Below, piece by piece: positions 33,301 through 45,038 of a DNA stretch of 64,000 nt. Below the pieces are notes generated by a model. That model was not told the DNA's origin and did not search any database. It saw only the letters and a program-made list of their open reading frames with translations. Position numbers and translations under genes: made by a program. Origin of the DNA: Macrostomum lignano (Eukaryota); the NCBI GenBank assembly GCA_002269645.1, contig NIVC01002277.1, forward strand, positions 62,001 to 126,000. Reading direction: 5' to 3'. Position 1 is the stretch's first letter, and the number at the start of each line of letters is the position of its first letter.

Positions 33301-36300
33301 TTAGCAATCCCACACGGATAGATTAGCAATCCAACATGGATAGATTAGCAATCCAACATGGATAGATTAGCCATCCCTAATGGATAGATTAGCAATCCCT
33401 CATTGATAGATTACCGATTCCACATGGATAGATTAGCGATTCCACATGGATAGATTAGCGATTCCACACGGATATATTAGCCATTTAAGTTGATTTGATT
33501 TAATTTGCTTCTATTTTCAGAACTCAACTTTTTGTGTCACTCATTTTGATTGACAGGTCTGCGCCGTCCTCGGCACCACGGCCTGCGCCTCATGCGACGA
33601 CCTGGAGAGCATCACCCAGGTCTGCCAGCGCGAGGGCCTCTGGTGCCACGTGGACGCGGCTTACGCCGGTAGCGCCTTCATCTGCGAGGAGCTGACCTAC
33701 TTCTTGCGCGGCGTTGAGGTCTCCAGGAGGGTCAAACTGTGCTTTTTTCTTTGGGAATCTTCCTTGGAATTGGTGTGAAGTTGGCGCCCCCCGGTACGTA
33801 TGAACTTGGCGTTCTACCGGGTATGAACTTGGCGTTCTACCGGGTATGAACTTGGCGTTCTACCGGGTATGAACTTGGCGTTCTACCGGGTATGAACTTG
33901 GCGTTCTACCGGGTATGAACTTGGCGTTCTACCGGGTATGAACTTGGCGTTCTACCGGGTATGAACTTGGCGTTCTACCGGGTATGAACTTGGCGTTCTA
34001 CCGGGTATGAACTTGGCGTTCTACCGGGTATGAACTTGGCGTTCTACCGGGTATGAACTTGGCGTTCTACCGGGTATGAACTTGGCGCCCCACCGGGTAT
34101 GAACTTGGCGTTCTACCGGGTATGAACTTGGCGTTCTACCGGGTATGAACTTGGCGTTCTACCGGGTATGAACTTGGCGCCCCACCGGGTATGAACTTGG
34201 CGCCCCCTCTCGCGGTATGAATTAGCGCACCCCTCCCGTTATGAAGTTGGCGCCCCCGATTATAGTCGGATTAAACTCGGGTTAAAATGTTGTAATATCT
34301 CTATTTGAAATTGGTACTTGTCTTCAAAATGGTATTATGTTATATTCAAATCTTATGAGTCTTACTGTGAGGATATCGCTTAACAAATGCCCAATGCTTG
34401 TATTATTCAGAACGTTGACTCCTACAACTTCAACCCGAACAAGTGGATGCTTATTAACTTCGACTGCAGCGTGCTGTGGTGCGCAAAAAGCTACTATTAA
34501 AATTTGTTAATTCATTTATGTGTTTCATGGCAGTTTGTGACTTGCTGCAAACTCTATTTCAGGGTTCGAGACAAGGAGAAGCTGACCAGCTCCATGATTG
34601 TTGACCCCGTCTACCTGCAGCACAAGCACTCCAGTGAGCTGCGACACTCTGATCCCTGCCTCTCTGATCCCTGCCTTTCTGATCCCTGCCTTTCTGATCC
34701 CTGCCTCTCTGATCCCTGCCTTTCTGATCCCTGCCTCTCTGATCCCTGCCTCTCTGATCCCTGCCTTTCTGATCCCTGCCTCTCTGATCCCTGCCTCTCT
34801 GATCCCTGCCTCTCTGATCCCTGCCTCTCTGATCCCTGCCTCTCTGATCCCTGCCTCTCTGATCCCTGCCTCTCTGATCCCTGCCTCTCTGATCCCTCAC
34901 TGACCGAGCTGGGCCATCTGTCCTTCAAACTGTCATTACAGGCAATGTTGTCGACTTCCGCCACTGGGGCATCCCGCTGAGCCGGCGGTTCCGCTCCCTG
35001 AAGGTCTGGTTCGTCATCCGCTCCTACGGTGTCGAAGGTCTTCGACGTTACATTCGCAATGTGAGTCCAAAATTAGGGATTAAAACTCAGTTTTGATTGC
35101 TTTTTTCTGACTCAATGCATTTTAACACGGCTTCAACATTCGAACCCGCAGCACTGTATGCTGGCAAAGCTGTTCGAGTCGCAGGTGAAGCGAGACAACC
35201 GCTTCGAACTGGTTGGCCAGGTGCACTTTGGGCTGGTGTGCTTCCGCTGGAAGGTGAGACTGGGGCCGCCATCTCGCAAAACGTGTCCAGTGTGCATATC
35301 CAGATTGTGTCCAGTGCGCATATCCAGATTGTGTCCAGTGTGTATATCCAGATTGTGTCCAGTGTGCATATCCAGATTGTGTCCGAGTGTGCATATCCAG
35401 ATTGTGTCCAGTGCGCATATCCAGATTGTGTCCAGTGCGCATATCCAGATTGTGTCCGAGTGTGCATATCCAGATTGTGTCCAGTGCGCATATCCAGATT
35501 GTGTCCAGTGCGCATATCCAGATCATCATCTTACCAGCTCAGATCCCTCGCATTTCACTCTCAACCATCCAGGACTCGAACGCGCTGACGCAGTACCTGA
35601 TCCGGCAGATCAACGACAGCGGCAAGCTGCACATGATCCCGGCCACCGTCAAGGGCCAGTACATCATCCGCTTCGCGCTGTGCTCCGAGCACGCCAAAGA
35701 GGAGGACGTGTTCTACGCTTGGAACGTCATCAAGACCCACGCCGACGAGATCTCGACAACCATCAAGACGTTGAACATGTGGACTAAGCAGGCCTTCAGG
35801 AACTCCATCACTAAGGAGGTGGACATTGAGCAGGAGGAGGACGTCGGCGATGCTGGCGAAGGCGGCGACGGCGGCCAGGAAAGCGGCAGTGCTGGAGGCT
35901 GTGGCGGAGCCGGCGAGGGCGAGGCGCAGGTCCGGACGGGGCAGGGAAGAATGCGGAACTCAAAATCGCTCAACCAGGTGACTCAGGCCTGGGCTCACTT
36001 CTAACTTCACTTTCACGTGTGATTTATCTTGGTAAACTATTGCAAAACTCCGGAGCACAAAAACTAACAAAGCACATCGAAAACACGGGTCTGGGTGATC
36101 TCGCGTGGCGACCCCTGATTCCATCTTGTGAAAGCCCAAACTTTATATTATCGTTAGGCATGTACACTTCACTGCGCCTTGGGGGGGGGGGTTGGCTCTC
36201 AAGGCCGTTAATTGCACGAGCAGAGCCAAGCCGAGATTCCAATTCAGCCCCAAATTAATGTGACTGCACTTGGAATCGAGCCTGGGTCGCTGGCACACCA

Positions 36301-36963
36301 GAGCCTGCGCTACCGCTGGGCTACGCCCCCCCCCCTTTGCGGCCCTCCTAGGTAAGCTCTCAGTCCTCAGGAAAGAGACTTGCTGCAGCGCCCAGTTCCC
36401 TGTGGCAATAAAAACATTACGCTAAAACTTACAAAGCACCTGATTATCACAATCTAAAACCATTGGAACTTCACACCATAAAAGCAGCACATTGAATCAA
36501 TTATAGGTAGACTTTTTTCAATAAGAGTTATAATTAAAAAATTCTGCAAAAAATCTCGAAAATCCCGAAGGACTCGCTAAGCGACGCAGCCAAGCAGGAC
36601 TCGTCGGCTGCCGCGGCCGCTACAGCCGACGATTCCGGCGACACGAACGAGGAGTCGGTGCGGCGCAGTCTGGAGAGCCTGTCAACCGGGGTCAAAGTTG
36701 AGGACAGCGATCTGGGCGTCGGCGTGAGCCAGGAGCAGAAGCGGCTCCGGCGCAACTCGCTGCTGCGCATGATCTCCGATCCGTACACGTATCCAGGATC
36801 TCGGCCGGGCGCCGGGCCAGCGGCGGTTGGCCGCGGCAAAGCCAAAAACCTCATCAGCTCGGAGTCCACGGCCAACTCGGACCTGTCCGTTTTCGACGAG
36901 AATGTTGAGTCGGAGGAGGCTGAGGCTGCGGAGACGCCTCACGAAAGTAACGAGGAGGCTTGA
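30395..36963 (+). CDS. Tdc: Tyrosine decarboxylase (group II PLP-dependent aromatic amino-acid decarboxylase), about 678 aa
   Basis: join(30395-30595, 31744-31974, 32821-33105, 33557-33718, 34411-34478, 34563-34633, 34942-35060, 35152-35253, 35573-35977, 36571-36963), all in frame. Motifs: [42 protein letters not shown]-lysine [22 protein letters not shown], and C-terminal [21 protein letters not shown] and RM.SDP match TDC rather than DDC (NPHKW) or HDC (NPSKW). The last acceptor (CCCGAAG) is weak. Confidence 0.9.
30893..31660. repeat. 21-bp minisatellite (GGCGCCGCAGGCACTCATTTT), Tdc intron 1
   Basis: Direct reading. Confidence 0.95.
32097..32560. repeat. 30-bp minisatellite (TTCATTGGATAAGCTTCCGGCTAGGAACCT), Tdc intron 2
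   Basis: Direct reading. Confidence 0.95.
33160..33482. repeat. 22-bp minisatellite (GATAGATTAGCAATCCCACACG), Tdc intron 3
   Basis: Direct reading. Confidence 0.9.
33787..34260. repeat. 23-bp minisatellite (GTATGAACTTGGCGTTCTACCGG), Tdc intron 4
   Basis: Direct reading. Confidence 0.95.
34646..34897. repeat. 15-bp minisatellite (CTCTGATCCCTGCCT), Tdc intron 6
   Basis: Direct reading. Confidence 0.95.
35284..35523. repeat. 24-bp minisatellite (TCCAGTGCGCATATCCAGATTGTG), Tdc intron 8
   Basis: Direct reading. Confidence 0.95.
36258..36330 (-). mobile_element. tRNA-derived SINE head in Tdc intron 9
   Basis: Minus strand GGGGCGTAGCCCAGCGGTAGCGCAGGCTCTGGTGTGCCAGCGACCCAGGCTCGATTCC, with A-box TAGCCCAGCGG and B-box-like GGCTCGATTCC. 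There is no proper cloverleaf. Confidence 0.6.
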
Positions 36964-37096
36964 TTGAACCTGCTGCACTCATTGCGGGTGGCAACTAAGC
37001 TAAGGGATGCAGTTTGTAACAGAGTTGTTCGCCTGAAAACTGTCAAGATGTCCCTCCCCCACCCCTGAGACTTTGACTCTGCAGACTTTGAATGTC

Positions 37097-37266
37097 TCGT
37101 CTGCACAGTGTCTATGGTCGAAATTCCATAGTAAATTTAAAGGCCATCTTTGATGATCTCCACAGGAAATTTATCAGCCACAAGAAATTCATATTGGAGA
37201 GTATTTATAGACTTGAAATAGACAATAGAATCCTAGAGTTTCGGCCATAGACTCTCTGAAGACGAG
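37097..37266. mobile_element. MITE-like element of about 170 bp with ~28-bp imperfect TIRs
   Basis: CTCGTCTGCACAGTGTCTATGGTCGAAA (37097-37123) pairs with TTTCGGCCATAGACTCTCTGAAGACGAG (37239-37266). Confidence 0.55.
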
Positions 37267-37299
37267 CAATCTTTTCTATTCCTACCTGGATGAGATTGG

Positions 37300-37371
37300 C
37301 TTTTGACCATAGACGGATGGTCACTTAAAAAGCTTTTAAGCGAGTTACCCTTGTTCGTCTATGGTCAAAAG
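37300..37371. repeat. 72-nt inverted repeat with perfect 16-bp arms
   Basis: CTTTTGACCATAGACG ... CGTCTATGGTCAAAAG, with an inner near-palindrome CTTAAAAAGCTTTTAAG. Confidence 0.8.
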
Positions 37372-38425
37372 GTTACGTTTTGTTCTGTTATAATAACTTA
37401 TTTTCAGTTTTCAGATTTCTATTTCTGTTCCGTAAATTACACAAATTAAGCTTTGAAAAAAGTAGCTATGCTCATATTTTAAGCATATATTCATTAAAAA
37501 CATTTTAAAGTTTCTTTTCACTTTCCTTTAATTTAAAAGTAATTTTTGTCTTAATTCTAGGCGGTTATCTAAATTTTACTTATTCATTACATTGTATCAT
37601 TGATTTTTATTTTAGCAACCACTTGTTTACCTAAGCGACACGATGTGTTTAGTAAGAGTTTTGTTATTTCACACTTTTATCCTTAGAATTTAGTGTAGAA
37701 ATTCTTAGTTTGCATGCCCTACTCACAGTAGTTTAGCTAGACAATCCACTTTTGCGCACCAATTCGAACGGTTAGTTATCACTAACTATTAGCCTTGGCG
37801 ATCTCAAGTTTATTATTTGTTTAAAATATATAATAACAGGATCTGGGCACGCCGATGCCATCCCTTAATAGAACCCGAACCGCCCCTACACCACAGAGCT
37901 GCTCTGTATTTTGAGTTCATTTTTTTCACCGCATTGGGCCGCATTGATTGGCGCACATCTAGCGAAAGAAGCTTGCAGTGCTGAAAGCCCTTTGATGGAA
38001 TCATCCAATGGAACTCACTCATCCGTAATACGCTCGTAAGAGCTGCATGAGCTGTCACAGTCTATGGGCCAAAAGAAACCTGATCTAGTAGCATACAGAA
38101 GCTTTTCTTCTGTATGCAAATTGGCATTTCTAACCAGTCCAGTTAAAGCTACAGAGGTCCATGCTAAACGGAGAATCAACAAGCTGGTTCTCGTGGGGCA
38201 GCGATAGCTGATTGGCCAGGACCAATTCTGCACTGGCCAATGGCAACCCGGGTCAGATCATTCAGGCATCCTTAGCTACTTTTCCCGCTAATGCATAAAT
38301 GGTAAGCTTCCATAGCCAGTCTGCATCAACATTACAAACTATTACAAGGAAGCAAAGGAGACGAAAAATCTCTCTTCTTTCAATTTGAAACTAAATTTCT
38401 CACAGATAATTTTCCTGCCGACAAG

Positions 38426-41356
38426 ATGCCGCCAATGGCATCCGCTGCGCCCAGACTGCTGCTTGCTGTACTCAGCCTCCTTGGCGGCACCGCCGCCTCC
38501 ATCTCAGATATTGTCATCGAAGAGGACCAACCCGCTGGGACGGCACTCCCGCAGCTCAACCAGCCGTTGCGGGACGCTGGAATCCTCTCTGGCAGCTTCG
38601 TGCTGTTCCGGCATCCCTACTTTGAGTACGACCCAGTCTCCAAGGGACCGATTAGGGTCAAGAAATTGCTGGACCGGGACACCATGTGCCAGACTGACAA
38701 GCTCTGCTGCGAGAATCTGCGCGACTGCCAACTGACGCTGACCTTCTTAAATAGCCACGCCGGGACCATCAGCACAAAGACGCTGCGAGTGACTCTCCGC
38801 GATGCCAACGACCACAGCCCCCGGTTTGACCAGACGCTGCTCCGCATCAGCATCAGCGAGGAAACTTCGGCCGGCTTTTCCGAGCGCCTGCCGTTGGCTC
38901 ACGACCCCGACGCTGAGGACAACTCCGTTGTTCAATACGACCTCAAGCCCAACACCGGCCGCTTCAACCTGCGACCTGAGCATGGCATGCGACGCAGCAT
39001 CAGCAAGCTGTTTCTCGAGCTGACCTCCAGCCTTGATCGGGAAGAGGCCGCCGAGTACGACCTGACGCTCACCGCCATTGACGGCAGCGGCAGGAACGGC
39101 AGCATGCGCATCCTGGTGAGCGTCAACGACAGCAACGATCACTACCCGTACTTCATGCACAGCCACGACACAGTCCACGTCAACGAGAGCCAGCGCTTCG
39201 GCTGCGTGGCCGGAGTCTCCGCTCGCGACGACGACATCGGCATCAACGCCAAGATTGTCTACGAGCTCGACGCCAGACAGCTGGGTGAGGAGGCGGAGAC
39301 TATTCAGCAAAAATTCCGACTGGAACGGAGCACCGGCCGGATTTGCCTGAACGGCCAGCTGGACTACGAAGAGCGCAGCAAGTACGAGCTGCCTATTGTG
39401 GCTAAGAATGTGGTGCCCTATACCAGGCAGCAGTCCCTGGCCACCGCCACCGTCACCGTTCTGGTGGTGAACGAGAACGACGAGAAGCCAACTCTGCGCA
39501 TCCACTACATGCAGAGCGGTGAGCGGAGGATCTTCGCCAGCGTCAGGGAGAACGAGCGCGCCGGTGAGATGCTCGCCCAGCTGGTGGTGACGGACAGGGA
39601 CGTGGACTCAATGAGCTGCGAGCTGGACAACCCCACCGATCGGGGACAGTTCCGGCTGCACGATCTCAAGGAAGCGCCGAAGGCCAAGGACCAGTACATT
39701 TACCTATTGGGCACGCTTACGGAAGTCAGTCTCGACCGGGAGGCCTTTCTGCAAGGCGTGCCACCGGAGAGAGCCAACAGCGTTGACGTGAAGCATGAGG
39801 TGAGGATCATCTGCCGAGACGGACGGAACTCGGTATCTGGCAACATCACCGTCCAGGTACTCGACGAAAATGACAACGATCCGCAGCTCAGCGTCCGGCC
39901 CTGGTCCGGCCGGCTGTCCGCGCACGACTCCCACGTTGTCGAGGTAGATGAGAACGTACCAGAGAATTTTCGCGTCGCTCGGGTGGTTGGAATCGATCTG
40001 GACTACCAGGAGAACGGCACCGTCGGTTACTCAATGCGCGGCTCCCCGATGAAGACGCTGGAGTCTTTCACTGTCCTAGCCGACGGCGTCATCGTGACGA
40101 AGAAGCGCCTCGACCGGGAGGAAACCAACCCGCCAACCGACGCTTTCGACGTGGTTGTTGTCGGCACCGACAAGGGAAACCCGGCGCGTTCCAGCACCAT
40201 CAGCTTCCGACTGGCCATCAACGATCAGAACGACAATCCGCCGCACATGGAGTCGAAAATGGAGTTCAGCGTGACGGAGAACAACAAGCCCGGACTGCAG
40301 GTGGGCCAGATTTACGTTTCTGATCCTGACCGTGTGGGCCATCTGTCTCTCAGGCTGCAACCGGCTCCTGGGCGGCCGCTGGACCGGCGACTTCCGTTTC
40401 ACATTCGGGAGGAGCTGCAGTCGACTTCGCCGGAGCAGCGCCGCTTTTTCCTCGTCGCCACCGAAAGCTTGGACAGCGAGCGCATCAATAAGTACGAATT
40501 TCTCATCATCGCGACCGACGACGACCAAGGCCGCGGTCACCGCGTCACCAGCCTGGTAACAGTCAACGTGATTGACCAGAACGACCACTCGCCAAAGATA
40601 TTTTATCCTTGCACCGACGACACGCCAACGGCAGGACCGGCGCAGTCGCTGGGTCAGCGGCGGCAGCTGCACCGGCATCACAACGTGTCCTGGCGCGAGG
40701 CAACCGGCTACACCATCGTGAAAGTGAACGCCAAGGACGACGACCGACAAAAGACAACCAACGGGCGGTTTCTGTTCTCTCTGGAACCAGGCCAGCTGTT
40801 CAGCATCGATCAGGAGAGCGGCGAGGTCAAGGTTGCTGCCCGTATGAAGCAGCGCGACATGGGGAAGCACCGAGTTCGAGTCACAGTTCGAGACTCGGGC
40901 CTGCCGACCAGCCTGAGCGCCAGCTGCGAGTTCTTCATCACCGTGGACGCGTCGCAGCCGCACAGCCGGTCAGGCGGATCGTCCGGCGACCGGCTGTCAG
41001 GCGCAGGGGGCAGCGGCGGCACGCATTTTCGAGGCGGCGTCGGTAACAACGGCAATTCCGGCTTCAGTTTCTTTCAAATGCACGACGCCAGCATCCTGGT
41101 AGCGGTGGCGGCTTTCATCTTCCTGCTTCTGATTGCCACCGTGTTGCTGCTGTGCTATGCCCGGCACTGGCACAACACGCCGGAGTTCCTGCCGGACCTG
41201 CTGCTGCTCTGTCTGGCGCCAAGCGGCCGCAGTGCCAAACCGTGCGCCACTGACGACCCGGATGTGGCAGTGGCTGGTGCCGCTTCCGCGGCGAACACCG
41301 TCTCAGACGGTGCTGACGCTTTCTTCAAGTTCGGCGACAGACCCTCGATCAGTCAG
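38426..41356 (+). CDS. Protocadherin (7 EC repeats, delta1-like architecture): large ectodomain + TM exon
   Basis: Signal peptide (RLLLAVLSLLGGTAA). EC1 has LDRDTMC...CC...C. Linkers DANDHSP, DSNDHYP, NENDEKP, DENDNDP, DQNDNPP and DQNDHSP, plus LDRE/LDYE motifs, precede a seventh EC. TM is ILVAVAAFIFLLLIATVLLLCY. A strong donor CAG|GTGAGA lies at 41357. A probable 5'UTR intron is 38302-38405. Confidence 0.92.
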
Positions 41357-42023
41357 GTGAGAGGATCCGCTCTGTCTGTCTCCGCTTACCTTTGGCGTCT
41401 CCCCATGGATACCAAAAGCAGGGTTAATGGAAGTTTGCTTTCTACGAGCTATCGCCCATCGTCCCAACCATTTTTTCCTTCGTTTTCTGAAGCACAAAGA
41501 AAGCTTGCTTCATAAATTCAGCATTTTTTCTGTTTCCCATCTTGTTCGCCTCTCTAACTTTCTGGTAGCAGAGAAGAGGGTAACAGGGACAGAGGGAGTG
41601 CGACACAGTGAAAGTGAGATTTAGGGGTCGAGAAGAGTCAGGAGGAGATGACACACACACACACACACGGGCGCGCACAAGCAGTGAGAGCCCGCGTTGA
41701 AATGGCGGGTTGTAAAAGGCGCGGGACGCCGCCAGCTGTCACTGGCAGCCCCCCCCCCCAGTTCCGTTTGAACCGGAGGCTCCCGTTGTCAGGCCCGCCC
41801 CCCTCTCTCGCTGTCCCTGCTGGGACTTGCATTGGCAATATTAGTAAAAGAGGGACCAGTCGGACAAGCAAGGAGAGCTCGGTTCGGAGAGAGAGCAAAG
41901 TTTTATGACTCCTAAATCAGGTAGGCCAGCAGCTCGAATCTGCAGCAGCTGGTTCCATTTGGCTCCTGCTATCCCCCTGCCCTTGCATCGTTTTGTGTCT
42001 GATTTCTCTTCCCCGTCAAAGAC

Positions 42024-42054
<31 letters not shown>

Positions 42055-44029
42055 CCCAAGATTTCCCGTTGCTTACAAGTCCCTCCAGCTTGTTGTGTAC
42101 CCTGTGCTGCTTTCCGGATTCAAAGACTTGGAAAACCAAATTGAAAAGCGGTTCATTCGCACACAGCCAGTTTTGCACGGACCTCTGAAGTGTAAATATC
42201 GGGCAGGCTTGTTTCCAAGGCCCCGCTTGGGGTGCCCAGAATCAAATCAAACAGTTCGTTGGTATAGTTTTATCTTCCAACCACCCCTTAGTGTAAATCT
42301 ATGTTTTTGCGTCAGGAGCAGCGTCACGATCTGCACACAGACAGACAGACTTCCCCGGTCCCCACTTGACGTTTGCCAAGGTGGGGGATATAAGCATCAA
42401 GTGGGAAGGTTGGGTGGAGGCCGCGCGATCTGACGAACCAATTTAAGATAAGTTTTTCTTTAGGCCCCTATCCAGCTGCAGCATACGTTATTTTTTACAA
42501 CGTATTTTTTCTGCTATCTAAACGCTAAGAGCTTCACAGCATTGCTACCCTGAGCGAAAGTGTGACCCCCAAACCTCTCTCTCTCTCTCACATAGTCGTG
42601 CTGGAGGAGGTCCTGAATGGCCAATACTCAAAAGCGGTTTAGAACAACTGTTTCAGAACCAAGTGGGTCCTTCTCGGCTTGAAGACACGCTGAGTTCTCG
42701 ATATGAGGACAGCTGGAATGGATTTGAAATATACGCTCGGCCACTTGAGTCTAGTGAGCACTGTCATAACTGGCATGAGGGGCGGGGAAGGCCAGTGCTT
42801 AGACTAACTGCCACTGCCACTATGCTCGCTGGGCCAAGTCAAGAAGCATGAGATGACAGGAAGGAAGGAAGAAAGCATTGCATTGCTGTAAAGCAGGCTC
42901 AAGCCCACTGCCAACACCCTCACCAGCTAGTGTAGTATAGGAAGTCGTTAATCAGCAGAGGTAAATAACTAACCGAGGGGAAGTGAAAGTCGCTTGAGCA
43001 TAAATCAAATTTTGAGTGCGTCAGGCAGAGAGCCAAGCTATTTGCGATTCGAACCAGCTGGACACCGAGGACTACGAAGGAAAATGAAATGTTGAGCACA
43101 AGGCTAGAAGACAACATACCCTGCTGGCCTCCCAACAACCAACCCATGGGATTTCTATTCCAAATCCGCGTCTTCGCTTTCATCCTTGTGTGTGTGTGTG
43201 TTGATGAGCTTGCTGACGCTTGGGGGTCACGCAAAGCTTTACACGGGACAGACAGACAGACAGCCAGCCTCTTGTCTTTTGTTCCATTACCGTTTATTTC
43301 GGTGCCCCATCATCGGCAGAGACCCGTTTGTTAGCTAACTGAGCTGTACCGGCGGTATTGGCTGAGTTGCCAATTAATTATTCATGAGAATTTGTCAGTC
43401 CCACTGGAAACTTTGCATCTCAGAGAAAGAGTAGCGGCTGGATGGAGAGAGGAGCTTGAGAGACTCTCTCTCTCCTTGTCCCCACCCCCCTAGCCCGGTG
43501 CGAACTCCTTCCTTCTTGGCTGACTCGGCATGAGCTGAAATTGCTCAAGGGCGGTGCCAGGCAATGCGAATGCTTTTAGAAGAGAGAGAGGGGGTTGTCA
43601 GGAGATAAGGGGCCAATTTTCCCCGGGAGAAATTGGCCAAGCCATCTGCGCCTCTGAAACTACTCCGAAAATAAGTAGGTGGGGGGGGGGCTGAGGGCGC
43701 ATCATATCCTGCTTACATCTTGCGGCACTCCATCATTTGAAGCTGTGGAAGTTGAGCTGCAGTCTACTCGAGTGAGGAGGGTAGCTATCTCCCCCCCCCC
43801 TATATAGTCTCCAGGCAAGTCAGTTGGCGAGTCAGCTGACCAGTTATCAATATTCCGGTTTCCTGAAGGCCCCACCCCCTGTCTCCTTGCGTCTAGCGGA
43901 GCCCGCGGGCAGTACAGCTCGAGGTCAGCAAGTCTTCAAGTTTGCGGTTATCATAGTTACTTGCTTGGGGCTTTGGGTAACTTTCGAAAATCACTGGCGA
44001 CAGTTGAAACGCAACCAACGAGGAGGCAG

Positions 44030-44410
44030 ACAGGCCGTTCCTCTCACACAGGGTGTTCAAGACTTTCTCATTGTTAGTAATAATAAATTAATAATAAATA
44101 ATACTTGATTACACTTGCTCAAATTGGGCCAGATGTGCAACCGACAGCTCAGCCGCAGCTATTGCGCGGCTGTACAGTCCAAGGACTGGGGGGTCGCCAC
44201 ACAGCCTCAATTACCCCAGCTAATGCTGGCACCCATTTTACAGCTAGGTGAACTGAAGCAATGCAGAGTTAAGTGTCTTTGCTCAAGGACACAAATTGTT
44301 CCGAATAAGGTCGGGAATCGAACCCCCGACCTTTAAGCCGTGAGTCGGACGCTCTGACCACTAGGCTACAACACTCATTGTACACTCTCTGCGCTTTGGT
44401 GGCTTTACTG
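44030..44410 (-). mobile_element. Diverged copy (D) of the hairpin element, interrupted by the SINE
   Basis: Removing the SINE and one TSD gives, on the minus strand, AAAGCGCAGAGAGTGTACAATGAGAAAGTCTTGAACACCCTGTGTGAG. Confidence 0.5.
44075..44373 (-). mobile_element. Full-length tRNA-headed CORE-like SINE with an 8-bp TSD
   Basis: Minus strand: A-box TAGCCTAGTGG (44358-44368); B-box GGTTCGATTCC (44314-44324) within a good T-stem; central GTGTCCTTGAGCAAAGACACTTAACTCTGCATTGCTTCAGTTCACCTAGCTGTAAAATGGG (44232-44292), resembling the MIR CORE; (TTA)n-like tail. TSD CTCATTGT at 44067-44074 and 44374-44381. Confidence 0.85.
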
Positions 44411-44956
44411 TTCCCAAAAGCATCACCAAGTTCCAGAAGCTTCAAACCTCCGGCATTCCTCCTGCCATTATTGAACAAACAAGAACTGGAATCTGTGTCT
44501 CATCTTTCAGCCATTGGACATTATTCCGCATCAAATTTCTCCATACTGCTTGGAGATAAGAAATTGAGCTGCTCATCATTGGAATCCCGATACTGCTCCC
44601 GAGAGGATAAATATCCTACCAGGCGATTAGAAATGGGAAACATTAAATATATTCTAACATGCCGGGCCCATCGGCAGGTGAAGATGATGAGGCCTGATAG
44701 GGAGAGAGAAAGTTCCTCCTCTCTCCAGCCTCTCAGCCTCTTCTCCCCTGATGAAGCTTCTCATATTGTTGGACAAAAAAGCCTGACTGCTATGCCCACC
44801 CCCTCCTGCGAGGCAACGGAGCCACCCTTAACAGCTGAATTATTAATCAGCTCCCCTCTCCCCGTCTGCCCCCCCCCCGTCGCTCTCACATTGTGTCCGG
44901 GCGGCGCAGGCGCGAGTGAACTGGGGTAAAAAGCGATGACGCCGAAGCCCCTCTGC

Positions 44957-45036
<80 letters not shown>
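44957..45036. repeat. (CT)n microsatellite
   Basis: Direct reading. Confidence 0.95.

Positions 45037-45038
<2 letters not shown>

Noticed and set aside
38504-41360. Overlapping antisense and alternative-frame ORFs within the protocadherin exon (and likewise within the RING gene)
   Set aside because: They are expected shadows of GC-rich coding sequence and have no recognisable motifs.
41357-41515. ORF end at 41515 as the true protocadherin C-terminus
   Set aside because: A strong donor lies at 41357, and composition changes to intron-like sequence afterwards.
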